Positions 41,578 to 50,547 of a stretch of DNA of 64,000 nucleotides are shown here, in pieces. This stretch comes from Candidatus Sericytochromatia bacterium (GTDB taxonomy: Bacteria; Cyanobacteriota; Sericytochromatia; S15B-MN24; VGJW01), in contig JAYKHS010000028.1 of assembly GCA_035285865.1 (NCBI GenBank), positions 128,001-192,000 on the forward strand, read 5' to 3'. The notes under the pieces were generated by a model. The model saw only the letters and a list, made by a program, of their open reading frames with translations. It was not told where the DNA came from and made no database searches. The position numbers and the translations under genes are program-made. The number at the start of each line of letters is the position of its first letter. Position 1 is the stretch's first letter.

Positions 41578-42765
41578 ATGGCGCGCAAGCGGGTGATGGT
41601 CCTCTACGAGACGGCCGGTGGCGGCCATCTGGCCAATGCACGGGCCATCCACGCAGCGATGGCCGAACGGCATCCCCACGTCGATGTCGAACTGGTGCAC
41701 CTTGCCGACGAGCTGGGCAGTCAGCGCATTCGCGCGGTCTTCTCCAGCTACAACGCGCTTCTCAAGAGCGATCCCCGGCTCGTCAAGGTCGGGCTCAAGG
41801 TCATGAATCGGCTGGACATCGAGCCCCTGATCTACCGGGTATTCGCCAAGGCGCGGCGGAACCTGCAGGAGAGCATCCGGCGCCATCGGCCCGACCTCAT
41901 CGTCAGCGTCTTCGGCGTGGGCAATACGGCCACCCCGATGGCCCTCGAACATGTCGGCTGGCGTCATCGCGTGCCTTTTCTGGTGTTCTGCACCGACATG
42001 ACGACTGACTTCCTGCGGGGTTGGGTCAGCGAGGAGGCCGACGGCATGATCGCCCTGACGCCGGATGCTGCCGGCCAACTCGTGGCCTACGGCTACCCTG
42101 CGGAGCGTATCCTCACGCTGCCGGGCTTGCCGGTCCATCCGGCCTTCATCCGGCAGGATGGCGACCAGGCCGCGTCACGCTCCGAGTTCGGCCTCGCACC
42201 GGACAAGTTCACGGTCCTGGTCACGATGGGCGGCGTGGCGGTCCGCAATGCCTGGCGGGTCAGTCGCGCCCTCGCCGCATCCGATCTTCCCGTGCAGGTC
42301 GTGGTCGCCTGCGGCCGCAACGGCATCCTCGAGCGCAAGGTGCGCCGCCTGGCCGAGAAGTCGGGCCCGACGATCAGGGTCCTGGGGCATACCGACCGGA
42401 TGGCCTCCCTGATGCGCGCTGCCGACCTCATCGTCGCCAAGCCGGGTCCCGGCACCATCGCCGAGGCCATCCAGATGGCCCGCCCCCTGTTGATCGATGC
42501 GACCCGCGAGGCGATGCCGCAGGAGAAGGGCAATCTCGAGTATCTGATCGCACGGGGCCTGTGCGAACCCATCCTGGACATGGACGCCCTGCCCAAGATG
42601 ATCCGGCGTCACATCGACGATCCCGGCCTGCATGCCAAGGCCGTCGCGCGCATGACCGAGGCCCGACAGCCCGAAGCCGTCGCACAGTTGGTGGACTGGA
42701 TTGCGGCGCGTATTCCCGAGCGGGGGCCGACCCGACCGCTCGATCCGGCCGTGGTCGAAGGTTAG
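41578..42765 (+). CDS. GT28 MGDG-synthase/UgtP-like diacylglycerol glycosyltransferase
   Basis: GGGHLANA, CTD, GLPVHPAF, MGG, CGRN, KPGPGTIAEA, QEKGN. Confidence 0.9.
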   Translation: MARKRVMVLYETAGGGHLANARAIHAAMAERHPHVDVELVHLADELGSQRIRAVFSSYNALLKSDPRLVKVGLKVMNRLDIEPLIYRVFAKARRNLQESIRRHRPDLIVSVFGVGNTATPMALEHVGWRHRVPFLVFCTDMTTDFLRGWVSEEADGMIALTPDAAGQLVAYGYPAERILTLPGLPVHPAFIRQDGDQAASRSEFGLAPDKFTVLVTMGGVAVRNAWRVSRALAASDLPVQVVVACGRNGILERKVRRLAEKSGPTIRVLGHTDRMASLMRAADLIVAKPGPGTIAEAIQMARPLLIDATREAMPQEKGNLEYLIARGLCEPILDMDALPKMIRRHIDDPGLHAKAVARMTEARQPEAVAQLVDWIAARIPERGPTRPLDPAVVEG

Positions 42766-42852
42766 GCGCTGCTGCGTCGTGGCGTTACCCTTCACCCGGC
42801 GGTGGTATGTTGGCCCCGTGTCGCTGCAATTGCCACGGGGGAGGGCCGGTCG

Positions 42853-43725
42853 ATGATTGCGACCGGTGACCTGTCCGGTTTTTCGCTTCCTGACCTGATC
42901 CAGATCATGGCGCTCGAGGAAGTCACGGGAGTCCTCCATCTCGAGGGCCCCCGCCGTCGGGCGCGGCTGGCCGTCGAGCAGGGGCGCATCGTGGCTGCGG
43001 CCTGTGGGCCCAAGGTTGGCGAGGATGCGGTGTATGCGCTGTTCCTTTGGGACGAGGCAACGTTCCGTTGGTCCGAGGGCGAGCCGCCTTCCGATGTGCC
43101 GCCTGTGACGACCGACCTCGTGGATCTGGCGCGGGAAGGCCTGCGTCGTCGGGACGCCTGGCGTGCGGCCGAGGCGGCATTGCCAAGCCTCGATGCCACC
43201 TACTGCGTGCGTCCGGGAGCGGATACGGGTGACGAGCGCCTGACGGCCGCCTTGCGCGAGCCCGTCACGATCGGGGCCCTCGGGCGCCTTCTGGGTTGCA
43301 GTCCTGCCGAAGCTGCCGAGCATCTGGTCCGGCTCTGGGAAGCCGGCTGTCTCGACGCCACTCTGCCGGAGCAGGAGGTCGCGTGGGCCGCGTTGCTCAA
43401 GGTCCTGACCGGTGTCCGCAGGAGGTTCTCCGAGATTTCCGGGTTGCGCATGACCGAGGCCTTCGAGCAACAGATCGTGGCTTTGGCCGACGAAGCCGGG
43501 GTGGACGTGCGCTGGGCGGATGGGGTTCTTGAAGTCGCCGATCCCCCTGCCGAGGCTACCGCCGAATCGGCGGTCCAGGTCCTGGGCGCCGTGGCGGACG
43601 AGGCCTCTCGCCTTCATGGCCAAGGCCCCATCATCCGGTGGTGTCGCCAGGAGGTGGCGCTTCTCGACGAGCCCGGTCGGTTGCTGCTGCAGGGTCGCTG
43701 GCCCCTCGTGGCGCAGGGTGCCTGA
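42853..43725 (+). CDS. DUF4388 (PATAN) domain protein
   Basis: [39 protein letters not shown]. Confidence 0.88.
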   Translation: MIATGDLSGFSLPDLIQIMALEEVTGVLHLEGPRRRARLAVEQGRIVAAACGPKVGEDAVYALFLWDEATFRWSEGEPPSDVPPVTTDLVDLAREGLRRRDAWRAAEAALPSLDATYCVRPGADTGDERLTAALREPVTIGALGRLLGCSPAEAAEHLVRLWEAGCLDATLPEQEVAWAALLKVLTGVRRRFSEISGLRMTEAFEQQIVALADEAGVDVRWADGVLEVADPPAEATAESAVQVLGAVADEASRLHGQGPIIRWCRQEVALLDEPGRLLLQGRWPLVAQGA

Positions 43726-43740
43726 CGGAGGTCTGCAGGG

Positions 43741-44217
43741 GTGCAACGTCATGGTGGCCATCTGGTCCTTACCGAGGAAGGGCTGCGAACGCTCAATGCG
43801 TCCCTCGGCGACCTCGTGGCGGAGTCCGGGGCGCGGGCCGTGCTGCTCGTGGGCGGTGCAGGCCAGTTGATCTCGGCGCAAGGCGAGACCCAGCACCTCG
43901 ACACCATGTCCCTCGCGGCGCTCGCGTCGGGTTCCTTCGGGTCGAACAAGGCCATCGCCGGCCTAGTCGGCGAGTCGGGCTTCCGCCGGATGTTCCAGCA
44001 GGGTCGGCAGTCCAGCCTCTACATGGCTCTGGTCGGCGGAGCCGACATGCTGGCGGTGGTCTTCCCCAACGACATCACGATGGGCAAGATCAAGTTCCAG
44101 GTCGAGCAGGCGATGCCTGCCATCGAGGAGGCGCTCGGCGCCATGTACAAGGCTTCCCCCACCAACCCCTTCAGGTCTGCTCCCCAGGCAGCCCCGAAGA
44201 TCCAGGATCTCTTCTAG
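43741..44217 (+). CDS. mglB: MglB roadblock/LC7 GAP
   Basis: [32 protein letters not shown]-terminal NPF..IQDLF; adjacent to mglA. Confidence 0.88.
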   Translation: MQRHGGHLVLTEEGLRTLNASLGDLVAESGARAVLLVGGAGQLISAQGETQHLDTMSLAALASGSFGSNKAIAGLVGESGFRRMFQQGRQSSLYMALVGGADMLAVVFPNDITMGKIKFQVEQAMPAIEEALGAMYKASPTNPFRSAPQAAPKIQDLF

Positions 44218-44228
44218 GAGCGACGCAC

Positions 44229-44807
44229 GTGGCCCTCATCAACTATGCGAGCCGTGAGATCAACTGCAAGCTGGTCTACTACGGGACCGGCCTCGGCGGG
44301 AAGACGACGAACCTCGAGTACATCTTCAAGCAGCTCGCGCCTGGCATCCGCGGCGAGATGATCAGCTTGGCCACGGAGACCGAGCGGACCCTGTTCTTCG
44401 ACTTCCTGCCGCTGGACCTGGGATCCGTGCAGGGTTTCAAGACCAAGTTCAGCCTCTACACGGTGCCCGGGCAGGTCGAGTACAACGCGTCACGCAAGCT
44501 GATCCTGAATGGGGTGGATGGCATCGTGTTCGTCGCCGACTCTCAGGTGGAGAAGATGGGCGAGAACATCGAATCGCTGCGCAACATGGAGGAGAATCTC
44601 GCGGAGTACGGGCTCACGCTCGATAGCGTGCCCTTCGTCTTGCAGTACAACAAGCGCGACATGCCCAATGTCAGCAGCTTCGAGGAGTTGGAAGCCGCGC
44701 TGAACCAGCGGGGCGTGCCTTCCTTCGAGGCGGTCGCGGTCGAGGGTTCGGGCGTCTTCGCGACGCTCAAGGCCATTTCCAAGTCCGTCCTGAACAGGCT
44801 CTCCTGA
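44229..44807 (+). CDS. mglA: MglA small Ras-like GTPase
   Basis: [43 protein letters not shown]. Confidence 0.96.
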   Translation: MALINYASREINCKLVYYGTGLGGKTTNLEYIFKQLAPGIRGEMISLATETERTLFFDFLPLDLGSVQGFKTKFSLYTVPGQVEYNASRKLILNGVDGIVFVADSQVEKMGENIESLRNMEENLAEYGLTLDSVPFVLQYNKRDMPNVSSFEELEAALNQRGVPSFEAVAVEGSGVFATLKAISKSVLNRLS

Positions 44808-44876
44808 CGTCCGCGAGAAGAGTGGCGTGGTGCTGCCCGGCCTAGGCAGCGAGGTCCTCGTGGCGACCATGGGGGC

Positions 44877-45530
44877 ATGGGGCGACAACGGGCTGCGTGC
44901 TTCCTCGGCTTCGGCGTCATGGTTTTCGGGTTGACCCCGGCGTGTGCCGCGCTGGCACCCGGCGTGGACGACGTCTTGCCGATGCCGATGTCTCTGGCTT
45001 TCCGCATCGAGCCGGCAGCTGCGCCGTGGGGACAGGCCGGTGTCGATAGGAGCGTGGTGTTGCAACGCTGGTGGCCGACCGAACAGGTGCTGGCGACCGG
45101 GCGCCTTGCTGCTGGCCAGGATCGAGGCCTCCTGTCGCTGGTCATGCGGCCCGGAGGCGGGTTGCACGAGGCCGTGATCCGGGAGGATTCCGGCAAGGCC
45201 GTGTGGCTGGCCGTCGTGTCGCGGAGCGCTCACGGCGAGCCCCCGGCCCTGCGCTTCACGGTGCCTGGAACGGTGGTGGCCCTGGCGGCGCGATGGGCCG
45301 TCCGGCATGGCCGGGACCCGGGTAGCTGGGACCTGGCGGCGCGCACCCGCAGCAAGGCGGCCACGGACCTTGCGGTTCGCCTCTCCAAGGAGGTCCGTGG
45401 CGGGATCCTGCCCGAGGGGGCAACGGGCTGGCTGGAACGCAAGGCCCTGTCGTGGGAGGTCCGCATCGCTCTGGACGATCTGGCCTCGGGCTCCAGGCCG
45501 CTCGCCACGCCCTCTCCGGCCGCCCGTTAA
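44877..45530 (+). CDS. Hypothetical exported or lipoprotein
   Basis: Hydrophobic N-terminus with TPAC; fills the gap. Confidence 0.5.
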   Translation: MGRQRAACFLGFGVMVFGLTPACAALAPGVDDVLPMPMSLAFRIEPAAAPWGQAGVDRSVVLQRWWPTEQVLATGRLAAGQDRGLLSLVMRPGGGLHEAVIREDSGKAVWLAVVSRSAHGEPPALRFTVPGTVVALAARWAVRHGRDPGSWDLAARTRSKAATDLAVRLSKEVRGGILPEGATGWLERKALSWEVRIALDDLASGSRPLATPSPAAR

Positions 45531-45574
45531 CCCAAACTTTTACTTGGTTTGATGTCATCTTGGGGGTGGGGGCG

Positions 45575-45601
45575 TCAGTCCCGCCGGGGTGTGGCCGATA
45601 A
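45575..45601 (+). promoter_or_regulatory. Putative sigma28-type promoter
   Basis: TCAG-N15-GCCGATAA (exact -10 consensus). Confidence 0.5.
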
Positions 45602-45626
45602 TCCATTCGTGAAGGAGATCAACCCC

Positions 45627-46223
45627 ATGCTGCGTGCCAAGACGCTCGAGGCCCTGACGGTCGTCGCCGTCCTGGGGTTGGTGGGCTGTGGTGGCCTCGA
45701 CTCGGGTACCACCGTCTCCTACGGCAATACCTACGGTTCGGGTAGCACCTACGGGTCGGGCACAGGCTACGATCAGAGCTATCCGGCCACCGCGCCGGCA
45801 GCATATCCCACGCCTTACGTGGATCCTTACGGTTCCGCCTACCCCGGTGCTCCGTATGCCACGGATTCGCTGCTGCCGGTGGTGCCGACCCCGCAGCCAT
45901 CTGTCGCGCCCACCACGAATCCCGTGCCCGCGGTGTCCCCGACGCCCTCGTTTCCCTCGGCCTACGGTTTGCGCATCCTGGACCTCAAGAAGAGCACCAG
46001 CGGAGTGCTGGTCTTCAAGCGTGCCAAGGTGGATCTGCAGCTCCATAATCCGCTCTTCGTGGCCACCCAGACGGGTCGTCTCCAGGTCAGCTGGTACCTC
46101 AAGGGCCAGGTGGTCGGGACGCCGCAGGACGTGCCCGTCCAGTTGGCTCCCGCAGAGATCCGGTCCTACTCCTTCAAGGCGGACATCCAGTCCGACGACG
46201 TAGTCGTCAAGCTCGCGCTGTAA
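45627..46223 (+). CDS. Tyr/Pro/Gly-rich lipoprotein with C-terminal beta domain
   Basis: AAGGAG RBS; lipobox LVGC; YGSG repeats. Confidence 0.75.
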   Translation: MLRAKTLEALTVVAVLGLVGCGGLDSGTTVSYGNTYGSGSTYGSGTGYDQSYPATAPAAYPTPYVDPYGSAYPGAPYATDSLLPVVPTPQPSVAPTTNPVPAVSPTPSFPSAYGLRILDLKKSTSGVLVFKRAKVDLQLHNPLFVATQTGRLQVSWYLKGQVVGTPQDVPVQLAPAEIRSYSFKADIQSDDVVVKLAL

Positions 46224-46298
46224 CGGTCATCACCGACAGCCCGTGATGGGCCTAACCAGCATGGCATGTTGCTTCATGCTCCATGTTGTGGAGGCGTC

Positions 46299-48269
46299 AT
46301 GGCCGAACGGTTTGCCGACTACGAGCTGATCACCCTGCTCGCCGAGAGCCTGACGGGTCGGGTCTGGCTTGCCCAGAAGGTCGACGACGACAACCTGCTC
46401 GTCGTCAAGGAGATGCTGCTGGAGCAGGAGGGCGCTCTGTCCGAGGCCGAGCAGACGGCCCGTTTCGAGCGTGAGATTCGTCTGCATTCGGTGCTGGATC
46501 ATCCCAGCATCGTGAAGGCCATCGGTGGTGGTGTCTGGGAAGGACGCCATTATCTGGTGTGCCAGCATCAACCCGGCCTGACGCTGCACGCGCTGATCGA
46601 GCAGGGCCTGCCCGCCGTGCCCCAGGTTCTTGAGTGGGGCCTGCAACTCTGCTCGGCGCTTGAATATCTCTATGACCGGTTCCAGCTGGTCCACCGGGAC
46701 ATCAAGCCGGCCAATCTGATTGTCGACCCCAGCGGCCGAATCATGATGACGGACTTCGGGCTTGCCCGAATCGCACTCCATCCCGAGATCACCCAGACCA
46801 AGATGATGCTGGGCACGATTGCCTACATGTCCGCCGAGCAGTTGCTGGATCCCACGCTGGTCGACAACAGGGCCGATCTCTTCTCGGTAGGGGTGGTCCT
46901 CTACAAGTGCCTCACCGGTACCTTGCCCTTCCATGCCGATGACGTCGCGGGCATGGCCCATCGTCTCCTGTACGACGCGCCCACCGATCCCCGGGAGCAT
47001 CGGCCGGATCTGCCCGAGAGTCTGGCACGCTTGCTGCTGCGCTGTCTTGCCAAGGACACCGAGTCCCGTTATGTATCCGCCCAGCAACTTGCCGCAGACC
47101 TGAAGGCCGAGCTGGCTCGCCCCGAGATTCACGTGGCCCATGCCGAAGACCTTATGGCGCGCGGTGCCTGGGCAGAGGCTGCCATTGCGTTGCAGCACGT
47201 TCTGACGCAAGACCCGACCAGGACTGCGGCGTGGTTCGATCTGGGGCAGGCCAAGATGGCTCAGGGGCAGGACAGTGCCGCGATCGATTGTTTCCTGAAG
47301 GTCGTCAGTGCCGAGCCTGCCCACGTCGGTGCCTATCGGCAACTGGGAGCCCTCTACCGGAGGCGTGACGACGCGCGCTCCCTCGAGGCCGCTTCGCGCA
47401 TGCTGGAGCGTGCGTGGACCCTGGAACCGACGGATCTCGCGACCTGCCTCGAGTTGTTGGCGGCACGTGCCAGTGCCGGTCGTCATGCCGAGGCGCTGGA
47501 GCTTGCGGAGATCGTGCTTGCGCGCCATCCCGACGAGGATCGAGCGCAGATGGAGCGCGGACGCATCCTCGCGCGGATGGGGGACAGGGATGGTGCCATC
47601 GGGGCCTTCCGTGCCGTGCTTTCCACTTCTCCCCGTCATCCTGAGGCCCGCTACATCCTGGGCACGCTCTACCTTCAGGCGCGTCACTGGGCCGAGGCCG
47701 AGCGTCTGCTGCTCGCAGCCCTCGATCATGAGGCCACGCGCGAAGGTGCCATGCAGAACCTTGCCGTCGTCTACCTTGAGGAGGGTCGTCCGGGCGATGC
47801 CGAGGCTGTTCTCGAGGAACTGCTGGCCATCCGACAGACGGCTGCAGCCTGGTCGCTGCTTGGCATGGCGCGCATGGCCCGTCATCAGTCGCTCGAGGCC
47901 ATCGAGCCCTTCACCCGCGCTTTCGCGCTGGGTGGCGACTGCCAGCATGCCCTTCAGCTTTCCGATGCCCTCGTGGCCTCGTATCGGTTCCGTGAGGCCC
48001 TGCAGGTGCTGCGGGACCTCGTGCCGCTCGTCCCTGCCGAAGAACTGGCGCCGCTCTGGTTGCGCATCGCCCAGTTGGAGACGTCCTCGGGTCAGCGTGC
48101 GGAGGCGATTGCCAGCCTGACACGCTGCATCGAGGCTGGTGCGACCGGCTTGGTGCGCCTCGAGGCGGACAATCGCCTGAAGGCGTTGCAGCCGTCGCGC
48201 AGTCCTCGGGTGGTGGCGTCCGCCGGTGTGGCGCGGATGATCGAGCGCGCCCTGCCCTGGGCCAGGTAG
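46299..48269 (+). CDS. Hanks-type Ser/Thr protein kinase with TPR repeats
   Basis: VVKE, RFERE, HRDIKPAN, DFGLA, YMSAEQ, DLFSVG; multiple TPRs. Confidence 0.93.
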   Translation: MAERFADYELITLLAESLTGRVWLAQKVDDDNLLVVKEMLLEQEGALSEAEQTARFEREIRLHSVLDHPSIVKAIGGGVWEGRHYLVCQHQPGLTLHALIEQGLPAVPQVLEWGLQLCSALEYLYDRFQLVHRDIKPANLIVDPSGRIMMTDFGLARIALHPEITQTKMMLGTIAYMSAEQLLDPTLVDNRADLFSVGVVLYKCLTGTLPFHADDVAGMAHRLLYDAPTDPREHRPDLPESLARLLLRCLAKDTESRYVSAQQLAADLKAELARPEIHVAHAEDLMARGAWAEAAIALQHVLTQDPTRTAAWFDLGQAKMAQGQDSAAIDCFLKVVSAEPAHVGAYRQLGALYRRRDDARSLEAASRMLERAWTLEPTDLATCLELLAARASAGRHAEALELAEIVLARHPDEDRAQMERGRILARMGDRDGAIGAFRAVLSTSPRHPEARYILGTLYLQARHWAEAERLLLAALDHEATREGAMQNLAVVYLEEGRPGDAEAVLEELLAIRQTAAAWSLLGMARMARHQSLEAIEPFTRAFALGGDCQHALQLSDALVASYRFREALQVLRDLVPLVPAEELAPLWLRIAQLETSSGQRAEAIASLTRCIEAGATGLVRLEADNRLKALQPSRSPRVVASAGVARMIERALPWAR

Positions 48270-48298
48270 GTCGCCCACACTGGCCAGGGACGGCGCTA

Positions 48299-48370
48299 TG
48301 GAAGCGCTCGGATTCGAACCGAGGTTGGACCCGTTATGAGCAGGTAGTCTTACCGCTAGACGACGCTTCC
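48299..48370 (-). tRNA. tRNA with CAT anticodon (Ile2 or elongator Met), CCA not encoded
   Basis: Acceptor GGAAGCG/CGCTTCC-A; D stem GTCT/AGAC; anticodon stem ACCTG/CGGGT with loop CTCATAA; T arm CTCGG-TTCGAAT-CCGAG. Confidence 0.9.
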
Positions 48371-48381
48371 CGAACGCCCCA

Positions 48382-49194
48382 TCATAGCGCAGCCTCAGGC
48401 CCGGCCGGAACATACATGTCCGGTCGTCTGTCCTGCCAGAGCGGCAGGTGCTTGCGCGAGGCCGCCACGATGTCCCGTGAGACCTCACCCCAGGCCAATC
48501 CGGCTTCCTGGGTACCGGCATCGTCCAGCCACGATCCGCGCGGGTCGACAAGGCCGCTGTGTCCGGCGTAGGGCACGTGGCCCGAGCCGACGCGGTTGGC
48601 GCATAGGACATAGACCTGGTTCTCGAGGGCACGCGCCGTCAGCAGAGTCCTGAACTGGTCTCCGCGGACGGCGGGCCACTGGGCCGGAACGAGCAGCAGA
48701 CGGGCGCCCTGTCCTGCCAGAAGACGAGACCACTCCGGGAAGCGCAGGTCATAGCAGATGACCCCCCCCAACTCCCAGCCACCGACAGCGAACAGCCCGC
48801 CGGACTCGGCTTCCGCGAACCAGCGTCGTTCGCCTCCACGGCCGAAAAGGTGCACCTTGTCCTGCGTGCCCAGAATATCGCCGGATGGTCCGAAGACCAC
48901 GAGGCGGTTCAAGACCCCGCGTGCCGTTGCGATCGCCAGCGTACCGGCCACCGCAAGCCCCCCCTCGCGCGCCATGGCTGCCATCGGATGCCGGGGCAGA
49001 TCGGCTTCGGCACTTGCCACGGGGGCACGCTTGTCCAGCGCGTAGCCTTCCTGCCAGAGCTCGGGAAGCAGCAGCAGGTCGAGCCCGAGCCCTCGGGCCT
49101 GGAAGACCGCCGACCACGCCGCAGCCAGGTTCAGGTCCCGATCCTCGTCCGAGAGCACCAATTGGGCGGCACCCACCCGCAGGACAGCGGTCAT
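48382..49194 (-). CDS. Carbon-nitrogen hydrolase (nitrilase family, omega-amidase-like)
   Basis: LPELW, DKVHLF, ICYDLRFPE triad; ARALENQ. Confidence 0.92.
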   Translation of the reverse strand: MTAVLRVGAAQLVLSDEDRDLNLAAAWSAVFQARGLGLDLLLLPELWQEGYALDKRAPVASAEADLPRHPMAAMAREGGLAVAGTLAIATARGVLNRLVVFGPSGDILGTQDKVHLFGRGGERRWFAEAESGGLFAVGGWELGGVICYDLRFPEWSRLLAGQGARLLLVPAQWPAVRGDQFRTLLTARALENQVYVLCANRVGSGHVPYAGHSGLVDPRGSWLDDAGTQEAGLAWGEVSRDIVAASRKHLPLWQDRRPDMYVPAGPEAAL

Positions 49195-50495
49195 CGGCTT
49201 CCTTCCCTCGAGAGCAAGGCCAGACGGATCGACCAGCCATCATCCTCCCGTCGCCCCCAACCGACGAGCCATTGCCGGTTGCCGACTGCCTTGAGCGCAA
49301 GTGGCTTCAGGTCTCCGGAATTGCCGTCAATCAGGATCGGGGCGCTCGTTGCGTCACCATCCGGGCCGTGGAGACGGGCCATGAGGGCCTGATTCTCCCC
49401 GGATGGATGGGTGCGTTGGCTCCAGGCCACCAGCAGTCTTCCTCTCCCGTCGCTGCCGACACGGGTCATGTCGGGGCCGGCCATCGAGAGGTCCGTCCTC
49501 AGATCCGCGTGCCATCGTGGTCCCGGTTGGCCCAGGCGTCGCAGGTGCAGTTGCCGCCCGATGGGGTCGGACCCCTGCCATCCCGCCAGTGGCGGCTGGC
49601 TGCCGTCGACTCCGACCGGGCCGAGCAGCAGCTGGCCTTCGGCCAAGGGGACGGTGAGTGGCAGGGCCTGACTCTCCTGCCACGTCGCCGCGAGGATGCG
49701 TTCTGCCCGATCGGCTGTCACGCTGCGCCAGGCGGCCAGCCAGCGGTCGGGCAGGGCCAGCAGGATTGGCTGTTCGGGCGACTGCCCGGTGTGTGCCAGC
49801 CAACGCAGGCGGCCCGAGTCCGAGGCACCCCAGGAGCGTGCCACGAGCGCCACGCGCCGCTGGCCCAGACGTACGCGCCACAGTGCTCCCGTCCGTCCCC
49901 TGCCCAGAACGGCAGTGGTCAGCCTGTCGAGGGTTCCCGGACTGCGCTGCAGGATCCGGACCCTGCCCGGTCCGAGGGGCAACGCTTCCACGGTCCCCTC
50001 TCGTCCAGCCTGGCGGATTACCACCAGCCACGGCGATTCCGCAGGGCCGGCAAACGCCAATTCACGCAGGCCATCCGGGGCGACGCCGACGGGTCCGGGT
50101 CGCTCGGTCCGCGGTAGGTCCGGCGGGAGCGGCGACGGTGTCGGCGACAGCGTCGGCGACAGCGTCGCTGCGGTGCTCGACGAGGCTTGGCCAACAGGGC
50201 TGGTTTCGCTCGTGGTCGGGGCAAGTTCCGGCATCGCCAGACGGGGCTGGGGTGTGGCGGGCGCAGCCTCCGGCAGGTCCGAAAGCCGGAGAAACGTGAG
50301 CCGAAGCGTGCCCCCATCCAACCACGCCGCGAGCGGTTGGACCGCGGGCAACAGGTCCAGTGCCGGTCGCTCCTGACCGACGGTCAGCGTGGCGGCAGCG
50401 ATCACACCCAGCGGATCCGGACGCTGCACAGCGGCCATGGCCGGATACACGCCTGCCGCGAGGGTGAGGGCAAGGACGCCGAGCCGGGGCACCAT
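49191..50495 (-). CDS. Hypothetical secreted protein
   Basis: Signal peptide MVPRLGVLALTLAAG..AMA; ATGA-coupled to the nitrilase; 5' part of the long ORF is antisense shadow. Confidence 0.55.
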   Translation of the reverse strand: MVPRLGVLALTLAAGVYPAMAAVQRPDPLGVIAAATLTVGQERPALDLLPAVQPLAAWLDGGTLRLTFLRLSDLPEAAPATPQPRLAMPELAPTTSETSPVGQASSSTAATLSPTLSPTPSPLPPDLPRTERPGPVGVAPDGLRELAFAGPAESPWLVVIRQAGREGTVEALPLGPGRVRILQRSPGTLDRLTTAVLGRGRTGALWRVRLGQRRVALVARSWGASDSGRLRWLAHTGQSPEQPILLALPDRWLAAWRSVTADRAERILAATWQESQALPLTVPLAEGQLLLGPVGVDGSQPPLAGWQGSDPIGRQLHLRRLGQPGPRWHADLRTDLSMAGPDMTRVGSDGRGRLLVAWSQRTHPSGENQALMARLHGPDGDATSAPILIDGNSGDLKPLALKAVGNRQWLVGWGRREDDGWSIRLALLSREGSR

Positions 50496-50547
50496 GCTGG
50501 CCACTCTAGCAGTTCCGGTACACTTGATCCCATCGAAGGAGTCACAG

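Noticed and set aside
48270..48400. tRNA as an integration site for a genomic island
   Set aside because: No integrase and no duplicated tRNA 3' end seen in the window
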